This document shows positions 31,051 through 40,419 of a DNA stretch of 64,000 bases, in pieces. This DNA is from Candidatus Omnitrophota bacterium (lineage in GTDB: Bacteria; Omnitrophota; Gorgyraeia; S143-82). The position numbers and the translations under genes are program-made. The notes beneath the pieces were generated by a model. That model was not told where the DNA came from. It made no database searches and was given only the letters and a program-made list of their open reading frames with translations. Within the stretch, counting starts at the first letter, position 1. Each line of letters opens with the position of its first letter. The stretch lies in contig WGAY01000006.1 of assembly GCA_015494585.1 (NCBI GenBank), positions 1,335 through 65,334 of the forward strand, written 5' to 3'.

Positions 31051-32088
31051 CTAAAATTGAGACAGAAATCTGAGGTCATTAGAATAAAACAACCTTATAT
31101 CCGGTATCCCATACTTAAGCATACAGAGCCGCTCAACACCCATTCCAAAGGCAAAGCCGGTGTAACCTTCATATTCAGAAGGTAAATGTTTAAAAACATT
31201 AGGATGTATCATCCCACAACCCAACACCTCAATCCATCCGGTCTGTTTACAGGCTGAGCAACCCTCTCCCTTACACAACTGGCAGGATATATCCACCTCT
31301 GCCGACGGTTCAGTAAAGGGAAAATAATGAGGTCTAAACCTCAGTTTGACATCTTCATAAAAGTAACGCCTCGCAAACTCTAGTAAAACCCCTTTCAGAT
31401 GAGAAAATTTGACTGCCTTATCTACTAAAAACCCCTCTATCTGATGAAACATAAAACTATGACTAGCATCCACTGCATCCGGACGATAGACCCTTCCAGG
31501 GACAATTGCGGCCACTGGTGGAGAGATGGCCTCCATAATCCTGACTTGCATAGGAGAGGTATGACTGCGCAACAAAAACTTCCCCTTTTTTTTATCTGGA
31601 GGTATCTTCAAATAGAATGTATCAAATGCATCGCGAGATGGATGGGTGATATCTATATTCAAGGCCGTAAAGTTATAATATTCCTGCTCTATCTCAGGTC
31701 CTGTAGCGATAGCAAAACCCAATCCCTTAAATACAGAAGTAATCTCATCTATGGTCTGGGTAATAATGTGACGATGTCCCAGTGACGGCAGTCTAGATGG
31801 AACCGTAAGGTCCCTTATCTCTTCTTCATGATACTCAAGGGACTGGCGCATCTCAACAATCCAGGACTCAAACAGGCCCTTTATTCTATTGACAGCCTGT
31901 CCCAGCTCCCTCTTTTCATCTTTAGGGGCAATCTTTAGGAAATCAAATAGGGCCTTGATTGGCCCTTTCTTCCCTAGAAACTTAACCCTCAGCTCTTCAA
32001 GGGTTTTTAAATCTATCCTATCAGCATACCTTGCCTTTAACTGCTCTAAGGTCTCTTCTAATATCTGTATCTCTTTTTTCCAATCCAT
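31051..32088 (-). CDS. pheS: phenylalanine--tRNA ligase alpha subunit
   Basis: FRPHYFPFTEPSAEVDI and GFAFGMGVERL class II motifs. Confidence 0.9.
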   Translation of the reverse strand: MDWKKEIQILEETLEQLKARYADRIDLKTLEELRVKFLGKKGPIKALFDFLKIAPKDEKRELGQAVNRIKGLFESWIVEMRQSLEYHEEEIRDLTVPSRLPSLGHRHIITQTIDEITSVFKGLGFAIATGPEIEQEYYNFTALNIDITHPSRDAFDTFYLKIPPDKKKGKFLLRSHTSPMQVRIMEAISPPVAAIVPGRVYRPDAVDASHSFMFHQIEGFLVDKAVKFSHLKGVLLEFARRYFYEDVKLRFRPHYFPFTEPSAEVDISCQLCKGEGCSACKQTGWIEVLGCGMIHPNVFKHLPSEYEGYTGFAFGMGVERLCMLKYGIPDIRLFYSNDLRFLSQF

Positions 32089-32097
32089 AAAAAGGCA

Positions 32098-32445
32098 TCA
32101 TTCCTGATTAGCCAGCTCCACCAGTTGGGCAAAATCATTTGGATGGTTTACCGCCAGTTCAGCCAGTATCTTTCTATCCAGGGCAACCCCCTTCTTTTTG
32201 AGACCACCAATAAACCTGCTGTACGAACTACCCAGGGCCTTACAGGCCGCGCTAATCCTGACAGTCCATAATCTGCGGAAGACACGCTTCTTTGCCCTCC
32301 TGTCACGGTAGGCATAGCGAAGGGCGCGCATAACCGTTTCATGAACACGCCTATAGTGAGATTTACGGGCACCCCAATATCCCTTGGCCATCTTGCGCCA
32401 CTTATTGTGCCTGGCACGTTTTGTCACGGAAGTCTTTATCCTCAT
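32098..32445 (-). CDS. rplT: 50S ribosomal protein L20
   Basis: MRIKTSVTKRARHNK... is a near-canonical L20 sequence. Confidence 0.95.
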   Translation of the reverse strand: MRIKTSVTKRARHNKWRKMAKGYWGARKSHYRRVHETVMRALRYAYRDRRAKKRVFRRLWTVRISAACKALGSSYSRFIGGLKKKGVALDRKILAELAVNHPNDFAQLVELANQE

Positions 32446-32533
32446 ACCTCATCACTCCTTTCCCAACAAATATACACACCCAGATTTAGAATTGCGTATT
32501 ATACTATATAATAAACACATTATCAATTAGAAT

Positions 32534-35239
32534 TCAGTCCACCCTCAGGTTACATACACTTCTAAATCCACAATTCGAACAGCTTTGAGGATTAACAGAA
32601 AACGGGATACCTGGATCCCTCATCTCTCTGAAGAGCCTTATCAAGACCTCGATAAAGCCATCCAGCAGGTCTCCTCGGTCTTTGATCTTATTGTTGAACA
32701 AAGTCTTATATTCCAATGTCTTCAATCCAATCAGACCTGCATTTACCTTATCTACAGGGAGAGAATAATTCCTAGAAAATAGGAATACGTAAGCCGGCAG
32801 CTGGACATGCGCAGAATTCTCACGCAGCAGCAAACCCGCCTCCATATTAGGATTATAATCTCTAAACCTTTCCATATTAGGGATGCCTGGCAGGCCACCT
32901 GTTTTGTAGTCCCAGACAACATATTCCCCATTCGGCATAATATCCACCCTATCCATCCGACCATAAAGCATAATTCGTTTCCCATTTATATCGAAATTAT
33001 AAGAAAGAAATGAGTCCTTCTCATCTTCCACATAAAAAATAGAAAAACCTACCTCTCTCCATCTCTTCAATTCCTTTTCAATAAAATCCCTGAGCCTCTC
33101 TTTTATTACCTCCAATACGGCTCGTCCCCTCATAGAAATTATTTTCTCCTTAGGCCAATACTCAGCGACCATCTCCTCGACAAGGTCTTCTGATCTACCC
33201 ATTGCCTCCATAAAAAAAGATTCGGAAAGCTTTTCCCCTACCATTGGGCGATAAAGCCGCGCCAGTACAGCGTGGATTAATGTACCTATATCCCTCCTAT
33301 CTACCTCCTCTCCCCTCTCCTCCACAGTACTCAAGCCAAGTACATATTGATAGAAGAACCTGACCGGGCAGGCCAGGTAAGTCTCTATAGAGGTAGGAGA
33401 AAATTTCTCCAACCTCACCAGATCCACCTCAAACTTTCGCTGACTATCAACTACATCCATAACTGGAAGAGATCCTGTCTCCTGAAGAGTATCCAAATAC
33501 GAAAGGGATTTGCCCTTTTTCCTGGCCAGGAATTCTAACTGAGAGATGAATCTACTTCTAGCAAACCTTCTATCGGGATATTCCACATAAAACAAATAGA
33601 CCCTATCTGCCAAGGAAATTTCAGAATAAAAATCATACATAAATAACAATTCCCTATCGGCCAACAACGCAACCCCTAATTTTTCTCTTATTTGATCAGG
33701 CATAAGCAGGTCCATTCCTGCATCACTGGGACAAAACCGTTCGTTCACATCCAGATAAATAAGAGTCTCCATAGATAGTCCCCTGCCCTGCAGGGGGGAC
33801 ATAACCTGCAAACCCTCCAATGGAGTTCCCTCAAAGGCCACATCTTCCTCTGAAAGGAGCTGTCTTATGTACCTAAATGCAACCTTCGGCCCCATATCTT
33901 CTGAAGAGAGAGGAGAACGTCTCAGTTTATCAAGACGTAGATATATCTGATAACAAACCTGCTGTTCGAGGAAGTCTTCCTTTAAAAGCCTATTCTCTTT
34001 CAAGATAAACCAAAAAAGATCCGTCATTGACTCACACAACTTTCCAAGGCTATCTGCCGTAAGAACAGAATCTAATAACTCGAATATAAAATCTAGCGAT
34101 TCTCTTTTCAGAGGCAAGTTTTTCAGTTCCACATAGATAAGATCTTCACTCTCTGATCTAGTTTTGATTAGATATTCTGCCTCTCGGAATGAGGGATCCA
34201 AACCTAAAAGATAGTAGTGAGAAAATATATTGATCAAATCCTTGTAGTACACCTGTCCCGTCCTCTGATTCTCAACGAGTTTAAATAGCAATTCAACAAA
34301 AGAATACCCCGAACTTACCTTTACAGGAAAACCAAGACTGACATTCAAAGGACCAAATCTATCTCCCAACTCATCTAGAAATGCCAGAAGGATATCTTGT
34401 CTGGAAAGGATAACACCTACCTGCCTTGGATGTCTTATTTCCTCAGGTAGAAATCTAACAGCTCCCTTTATCTCATCAATACCGCTCAGACTTGGAACCA
34501 CCTTAACCTTATCTGGATCCACCTTCCAGATAACATGTCTATCGACAATTGATTCCTCCAGCAAGTCTTTAACCTTCTCTTGTATTCTCGGAACATCTAT
34601 GCCAAAGAGCATATAGACAACATTAAACCTCCTCTTCAAGACCTTTATAAGGCGCAAATCTGATTCGGGATGCAGGAACTGTCCAGCAAAAACAATTCCT
34701 TCTGCATCTATATCTAGCAGATCTGCCCTCTCAAGCAGTAATCTCCTAATCAGAGAAGGGGTAAAGAGGCGTTTCTCATAAAGCCTGTTATAAAAAACTT
34801 CCTTTATCTCTTTCATGTAACGCCAAATACGGTAAAACAAGTCCTCCTCGCTATGGCCAACAAGCCATCTGTGAACATCCTCTATCGCAGAATCTTCAAT
34901 ACAAAATCTCTCTAACTCCTCTATCGTGTGAAATATATTTCTCGACCAGGGATAAAAGGTATCCCAGGACCTAAACTCCTGGATATATCTGCCCACACAG
35001 TCTTTCAATATAACTAATACATCATCAAAATCAGCATAGGAAAAATTCATAAGTCTTGAAAGCAGAAATCGCCAGAATTCATTAACAGGGAAAATGCGCG
35101 GGGGGAAGACTAGACCATATTTTGCAAGCAGACTATCCAGAAAGAACCCCTGTCTCGTATTGGGAAATACAACAATCCAGTCCTCTAACTTATCTTTATC
35201 CTTCAAAAACTCAAAAACGGCCTCGGGTACATCTTTCAT
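32534..35239 (-). CDS. AddB-like PD-(D/E)XK nuclease family protein with a C-terminal Fe-S (4-Cys) nuclease domain and no recognisable Walker A
   Basis: The C-terminal domain has C-x-x-x...VWDYKTG...CSNCGFRSVC, typical of AddB and Cas4 iron-sulfur RecB-family nuclease domains. The N-terminal region has no GxxxxGK[ST] motif. Confidence 0.6.
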   Translation of the reverse strand: MKDVPEAVFEFLKDKDKLEDWIVVFPNTRQGFFLDSLLAKYGLVFPPRIFPVNEFWRFLLSRLMNFSYADFDDVLVILKDCVGRYIQEFRSWDTFYPWSRNIFHTIEELERFCIEDSAIEDVHRWLVGHSEEDLFYRIWRYMKEIKEVFYNRLYEKRLFTPSLIRRLLLERADLLDIDAEGIVFAGQFLHPESDLRLIKVLKRRFNVVYMLFGIDVPRIQEKVKDLLEESIVDRHVIWKVDPDKVKVVPSLSGIDEIKGAVRFLPEEIRHPRQVGVILSRQDILLAFLDELGDRFGPLNVSLGFPVKVSSGYSFVELLFKLVENQRTGQVYYKDLINIFSHYYLLGLDPSFREAEYLIKTRSESEDLIYVELKNLPLKRESLDFIFELLDSVLTADSLGKLCESMTDLFWFILKENRLLKEDFLEQQVCYQIYLRLDKLRRSPLSSEDMGPKVAFRYIRQLLSEEDVAFEGTPLEGLQVMSPLQGRGLSMETLIYLDVNERFCPSDAGMDLLMPDQIREKLGVALLADRELLFMYDFYSEISLADRVYLFYVEYPDRRFARSRFISQLEFLARKKGKSLSYLDTLQETGSLPVMDVVDSQRKFEVDLVRLEKFSPTSIETYLACPVRFFYQYVLGLSTVEERGEEVDRRDIGTLIHAVLARLYRPMVGEKLSESFFMEAMGRSEDLVEEMVAEYWPKEKIISMRGRAVLEVIKERLRDFIEKELKRWREVGFSIFYVEDEKDSFLSYNFDINGKRIMLYGRMDRVDIMPNGEYVVWDYKTGGLPGIPNMERFRDYNPNMEAGLLLRENSAHVQLPAYVFLFSRNYSLPVDKVNAGLIGLKTLEYKTLFNNKIKDRGDLLDGFIEVLIRLFREMRDPGIPFSVNPQSCSNCGFRSVCNLRVD

Positions 35240-35745
35240 ATTACCCTCTTCAACTCACTCCCCTCAGGCCGGAGATAGAACAGCCATCCGTAAACCCGCT
35301 CAGATAATCGCGATGACAGGATATTATAGTAGATCATCAGTTGCGAAATATGCTCTTCGGATTCCTTGCCTAGTTTATAATCTATGACATGAACCTCTCC
35401 ATCTTTTTTGGCTAAAACATCCAGACGAAAACGCTGCCCCTTAGGGCCAAGCATCTCCTTTTCTACATAAACAACAGCGCCTTTAAGCAGTGAAAGGAAT
35501 TGGTGAAATGCCTTGCTTCTCTTAATACATAAGAAAAACTCGATCAACGACTCTTTATATCCGTCTCTCAGCCAATAAGGAATACCAAGACTGTATTCTT
35601 CGATAGCATCCTCTAAAGATATGCCCTTGTCTAAAAACAACTCCAGCACACCATGCACATAAGTACCAAAGGCCCTCTCTTCTGCCCTTGTTACATCTTC
35701 TCTTTTTATCCTCACCTGGAGCATATTATCTGTCCAAGGTAACAA
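35236..35745 (-). CDS. small stand-alone RecB-family PD-(D/E)XK nuclease domain protein
   Basis: RLDVLAKKDGEVHVIDYKLGK ... QLMIYYNIL matches nuclease motifs II, III and QxxxY of RecB/AddA C-terminal domains. Its stop overlaps the AddB-like start by 4 nt. Confidence 0.5.
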   Translation of the reverse strand: MLPWTDNMLQVRIKREDVTRAEERAFGTYVHGVLELFLDKGISLEDAIEEYSLGIPYWLRDGYKESLIEFFLCIKRSKAFHQFLSLLKGAVVYVEKEMLGPKGQRFRLDVLAKKDGEVHVIDYKLGKESEEHISQLMIYYNILSSRLSERVYGWLFYLRPEGSELKRVI

Positions 35746-35769
35746 AAAGCAAAATACAAGCTTTAGACT

Positions 35770-36993
35770 CTAGGCCCCATACTTTTTCAACTTGCCTGCA
35801 TGGGCCATCATCAAGGACATAAGTTGCATAGAATATATCCTGCCAAGAGAACCCTTTAACGCCTCTCTCTCAGTAAACCTCTCACAGGGGTCATATCTGA
35901 GATAAGGGGCCGAGAGAAGAACTGGCACAGGATGCCAAGAGTGTCCTTTCATTGGACAGGGAGTAGAGTGATCGCCGGTAATCGCAAGGACATCCGGTTC
36001 TTTTTCAAGGATGCGCGGTAATAACTCATCAAAGGCCTCTATCTGGTGGACCTTATTTTCAAAATTGCCGTCTTCACCGTAACTATCGGTCTTTTTGATA
36101 TGCAAAAAGATATAATCATGGCTGGATACAGCCTCTCCAAACAACTCTATCTTTTCCTCCAACAGCTCCCCATGGCCTTCAACCTTAAGCACATCCATAC
36201 CAACTACTCTGGCTATACCCTTATACATAGGATAGGACGCAATAGCCGCCGGTGTCAGTTTATAAAGCTCCTGCAGAGAGGGAATATCCGGTAGCTTATC
36301 AAAACCCCTTAACAATACCATGTTCGCAGGGTGCTCATCCTTTAAGACCTCCTTGACTACCCCAATAAACCTTTTAACCACATCAGCAGTTTTTTGCGAA
36401 GCAGGATCTAAGGCCTGCGGTTCCAGGGGTAACAATCCTGTTTTCTGCGGATCTGTATCTGAAACATGGGGCCCAAGGCCTTCACCAGACAACAACAGTA
36501 CAAACCGATGTTCTTCTTCGGGCCTGACTGTAATCCTTATCCCGTCTATCTCTGATACCGCTTCATTTATCTTCTCGCAGAGACGGGCACTCAACTCCGT
36601 CGGAATGCGTCCAGCTCGCCTATCCGTGACCTTACCGTCCCCATCTACCGTACAAAAGTTTCCCCTCGCTGCAACATCCTCAGGGCCCATATCAAGACCT
36701 ATCCCCAACGCTGAAAGGACCCCCCTGCCTATCCAATATTTTAGGGGATTGTAACCAAACAATCCAAGATGCCCTGGCCCGCTTCCAGGAGTTATACCAG
36801 GATAGATGGGATCCATCAGTCCTAACGCAGAGTTTATCGCAAGTCTGTCCATATTAGGGGTATGTGCTACCTCCAAGGGAGTCTTTCCATCACTACCCGG
36901 TAGATCACCTATACCATCTAGGACCACCAGAACTATTTTAGACTCCGTCTTTACAGATATATCCTTCATAACATCCAAAATAAGACTATCCAT
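35770..36993 (-). CDS. apgM: 2,3-bisphosphoglycerate-independent phosphoglycerate mutase, archaeal type
   Basis: About 400 aa with IVLVVLDGIGDLP and HTPNMDRLA motifs of the ApgM family (not the roughly 510-aa GpmI form). Confidence 0.8.
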   Translation of the reverse strand: MDSLILDVMKDISVKTESKIVLVVLDGIGDLPGSDGKTPLEVAHTPNMDRLAINSALGLMDPIYPGITPGSGPGHLGLFGYNPLKYWIGRGVLSALGIGLDMGPEDVAARGNFCTVDGDGKVTDRRAGRIPTELSARLCEKINEAVSEIDGIRITVRPEEEHRFVLLLSGEGLGPHVSDTDPQKTGLLPLEPQALDPASQKTADVVKRFIGVVKEVLKDEHPANMVLLRGFDKLPDIPSLQELYKLTPAAIASYPMYKGIARVVGMDVLKVEGHGELLEEKIELFGEAVSSHDYIFLHIKKTDSYGEDGNFENKVHQIEAFDELLPRILEKEPDVLAITGDHSTPCPMKGHSWHPVPVLLSAPYLRYDPCERFTEREALKGSLGRIYSMQLMSLMMAHAGKLKKYGA

Positions 36994-37084
36994 AATCGCC
37001 TCCTATTGGTTCAGTACTGCCTCCATTAATTGGAACACTAAAGTATATCACGCAAAAGAAAAATCAGGAAATAAATCCACAACC

Positions 37085-37130
37085 ATCGCCCCAAAACAGA
37101 ATCAAAAGAGGTTTTGGCCTGCAAAACCAA
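37085..37130 (-). terminator. putative intrinsic terminator overlapping the alr stop codon
   Basis: Minus-strand hairpin GGTTTTG-CAGGC-CAAAACC followed by tcttttgattctgtttt. Confidence 0.4.
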
Positions 37131-38343
37131 GCCTTTCGCCTCTCATAATACCCGAACGAATATCCCTCAAATCATGCATATTCAGGCGACTCTCCTCAGG
37201 AGAAATCCGGTATCTTCTACTTATGTAGACCCTGGGAAGCCGCCTTCCTAGCAAGCACAACAACTCATAAGGAACACTTCCATAGCAGGTAGACAAATAC
37301 TCAACGCCTATCTCACTGATACCCTGTTTCCCAATCAAGACCACCTCATCACCTACTGAAACCCCTTCTATGTCAGTTATATCCAAAAACAGATAATCCA
37401 TACACACCTTGCCGACAATAGGACAAAAGTGTTCGCGAATCAACGCCTTGCCTCTATTAGATAGCAGACGAGGATAGCCATCTCCATACCCAACCGGAAC
37501 AACGGCGATTTTCCTCCTACTATCTGCAATGTAGGAATGGTTATATCCCAGACCTTCACCCTTACGCAGTATCCTTATAAGGGCCACCCTAGACTTAAGT
37601 GTAAGCGCTGGCTGTAACTTTAGCATGGCCTTTAACTCATCTACTGGATATGCCCCATAGATAGCCAGTCCTGGTCTTATCATATTACAAATCCCCTCAA
37701 ATCGCCTACGATAAATCAATCCAGCACTATTCGAGATATGTACCAATTTAAAGTCCACCTGCCTACTCCTTAGTCGTTTCACCAAGCCCTCGAAGCTACT
37801 AATCTGCTCAATTGTGAAGGCAGGATCGGTATCCGCACTAGATAGATGCGTATATATCCCCTCCAGGTCGAGCCCGGCCATAAACATCTGCAGTATTACC
37901 TGCTCGGCCTCTCGCAATGTCAATCCAAGACGATGCATACCAGTATCTATCTTCACATGGACCTTTACATTGGAATCAGAATTATTTATCACAAAACGCC
38001 TAAGGGCCTCTGCAAATTCCATGGTGGCGACCGTAATAGTAATCCCATAAAACTGGGCTATTGGGATATCCTGCGGTTCTATCTGTCCTAAGACAAGTAT
38101 AGGAGAACGAACACCATGTTGACGTAAGAAAACCGCCTCATCCAGGTTTGCTACTCCCAAATAGTTTATCATCTTTGACTCCAGGAACCTAGCTACCGGA
38201 AGTATACCATGGCCATAGGCATCGGCCTTGATAACCGCCATAACATAGACTCCAGAAGGGAACAAGGACTTAATCCCCTGAAGGTTCAGATAAATATTAT
38301 CAAGATTTATCTCTATCCACGACTGTCTGTAGAACCTGTCCAT
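37102..38343 (-). CDS. alr: alanine racemase
   Basis: PLP-lysine motif VMAVIKADAYGHG and two-domain alanine racemase architecture. Confidence 0.85.
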   Translation of the reverse strand: MDRFYRQSWIEINLDNIYLNLQGIKSLFPSGVYVMAVIKADAYGHGILPVARFLESKMINYLGVANLDEAVFLRQHGVRSPILVLGQIEPQDIPIAQFYGITITVATMEFAEALRRFVINNSDSNVKVHVKIDTGMHRLGLTLREAEQVILQMFMAGLDLEGIYTHLSSADTDPAFTIEQISSFEGLVKRLRSRQVDFKLVHISNSAGLIYRRRFEGICNMIRPGLAIYGAYPVDELKAMLKLQPALTLKSRVALIRILRKGEGLGYNHSYIADSRRKIAVVPVGYGDGYPRLLSNRGKALIREHFCPIVGKVCMDYLFLDITDIEGVSVGDEVVLIGKQGISEIGVEYLSTCYGSVPYELLCLLGRRLPRVYISRRYRISPEESRLNMHDLRDIRSGIMRGERLGFAGQNLF

Positions 38344-39371
38344 ACACCCTTTACCTTAAAATTGCATTCAGGACAATGCCCCCCATTTATACTCAAAAAA
38401 TCTTCCAGAACATTAAACCCTATTCTTCTAACCAGTAGCTTGCCACATTGTGGACAGTAAGTATTTGCTTCCCTGGCAACATTGCCTAGATAAATGTATC
38501 TCAGTCCAGCCTTCCTGCCAAGGGCCTCGGCCCGCAGGAGCAGCTGAAGGGGAGTTGCATCTCTGTCCCTCATCCGATAATCCGGATGAAAGGCAGAGAT
38601 ATGCCAGGGTATATCTACATCTATCCCTGCAATAAACTCCGCAATCTTTGACAACTCTTCATCAGAATCATTTAATCCTGGAATAATCAGTGTTGTTATC
38701 TCAATCCAGATACCGAGTTCATAATAGGTCTTAATTGCCTCCAAAACCGGCTCAAGCCTGCCACCGCATACATTATTATAAGTCGAATCACTAAATGCCT
38801 TCAGATCTATATTCGCAGCATCCAGATAATCAGCTATTTTCTCGATCGCCTCAAGACTGATAAATCCATTCGTTATAAATATATTAGCAAGATTTCTCTG
38901 CCTTGCCAACCTAGAAACGTCATAGGCAAACTCAAAAAACACCGTTGGCTCAGTATAGGTATAAGAAATAGAGCCAGCCTTGTATTTCAAAGCCAAGGCA
39001 ATAATATCATCAGGAGATATTTCTTCTATCCTTGCCAATCCCTCTTTAACCTGAGAACTAGTCCAGTTCTGGCAGAAACTACAATGAAAATTGCATCCAG
39101 GACAGGCAAAGGAAAGGCTACCACTCGACGGTAAAAAGTGATATAAAGGCTTTTTTTCTATCGGGTCAAGTCCAAGGGCAGAAATCTTGCCATAATTCAA
39201 AGAGAATAAGTTCCCCGAAAGATTTCTTCTGACACCGCAGAGTCCAGTTGCACCCTCTGCTATACGGCAGGAATGTGGACAGAGCCGGCACACAACACTA
39301 TCACCAGCCCCCTCCCAAAACATTGCCTCCCTCAACGAATCCCCATAAGACATATCAAATCCATCACGCAT
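38313..39371 (-). CDS. radical SAM enzyme, AmmeMemoRadiSam-system type (PFL-activase-like)
   Basis: CRLCPHSC N-terminal Cys motif; DPIEKKPLYHFLPSS; radical SAM cluster CPGCNFHCSFCQNW; C-terminal zinc ribbon CPQCG...CPEC. Confidence 0.7.
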   Translation of the reverse strand: MRDGFDMSYGDSLREAMFWEGAGDSVVCRLCPHSCRIAEGATGLCGVRRNLSGNLFSLNYGKISALGLDPIEKKPLYHFLPSSGSLSFACPGCNFHCSFCQNWTSSQVKEGLARIEEISPDDIIALALKYKAGSISYTYTEPTVFFEFAYDVSRLARQRNLANIFITNGFISLEAIEKIADYLDAANIDLKAFSDSTYNNVCGGRLEPVLEAIKTYYELGIWIEITTLIIPGLNDSDEELSKIAEFIAGIDVDIPWHISAFHPDYRMRDRDATPLQLLLRAEALGRKAGLRYIYLGNVAREANTYCPQCGKLLVRRIGFNVLEDFLSINGGHCPECNFKVKGVWTGSTDSRG

Positions 39372-40216
39372 TAAAGTATAATCTCGGTCCCAATTCCCTT
39401 ATTGGTAAATATCTCTAATAATAAGGCATGACTGACCCTTGCATTCACTATGTGGGCCTTTTCAACTCCTCTTTCAAGGGCCGCAAGGGCAGAAGATACC
39501 TTGGGAAGCATCCCACCAGAAATAATACCCTTATCAATCAGAGACCTTATCTTAACAGCATTTATAGAGGAAATAAACCTCTTGCCATGCATTATTCCAT
39601 CGACATTTGTCATAAAGACCACCTTCGATGCACCGACCGCAACTGCCACCTCTGCAGCCGCTACATCGGCATTCACATTGAAAACCTCTCCTTTCCTATT
39701 AACCCCTAATGGGGAAATCACAGGCACAATATTTCTGTTCAACAAAGAAAAGACAGGATTGGTATTTACACCAATCACATCCCCGACAAATCCTAGTGTT
39801 TTATCTTTCTGACGAGCCTTCAATATCCCATCCCGTTCAGTGAGAGGTCCAGCAGGACAGTTCATCTCTTCCAGTTCTCTGATTATCTGATGATTTATTC
39901 TATTCAATTCCCGTTTCACCACAGACATAACCCGCTTACTCGTATATCTCATCCCATTGACAAATCGCACCTTTATTCCCTTTTCTTCAAGGGCACTTGT
40001 AATGTCAGGGCCACCACCATGTACAATGATAGGATGCATCCCAACATAATGCATAAACACAATATCTTTCAGAACCGACTTCCTCACAGACTCTTCGGCA
40101 AGGGAACTGCCACCATACTTAATCACAACCGCCTTACCGTGAAAGGCCTGAATGTAGGGCAGTGCCTCTAATAAAACCTTTGACTTCTCAATCGCCTTCT
40201 TCACAGCTTCTTCCAC
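39371..40216 (-). CDS. argB: acetylglutamate kinase
   Basis: VIKYGGSSL ... IIVHGGGP ... amino-acid-kinase family with ArgB-specific motifs. Confidence 0.9.
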   Translation of the reverse strand: MEEAVKKAIEKSKVLLEALPYIQAFHGKAVVIKYGGSSLAEESVRKSVLKDIVFMHYVGMHPIIVHGGGPDITSALEEKGIKVRFVNGMRYTSKRVMSVVKRELNRINHQIIRELEEMNCPAGPLTERDGILKARQKDKTLGFVGDVIGVNTNPVFSLLNRNIVPVISPLGVNRKGEVFNVNADVAAAEVAVAVGASKVVFMTNVDGIMHGKRFISSINAVKIRSLIDKGIISGGMLPKVSSALAALERGVEKAHIVNARVSHALLLEIFTNKGIGTEIIL

Positions 40217-40419
40217 CTAAATCATTATATACCCTTCCTCAAAACTCCCCATTCCTGGCTTTATTATACAACCGAACAAAATATATCTGAACCCGAAAGT
40301 TGGTAACCGACAAAATGAAACAGATTTTTCCTGAAAGATTTTGTCTCACTAAGCTGGAATGACGATGCCCAGCCGATATGGCTGGGCATTGTTGTTTTCT
40401 ATGCAGGTTGGATTAGTTA

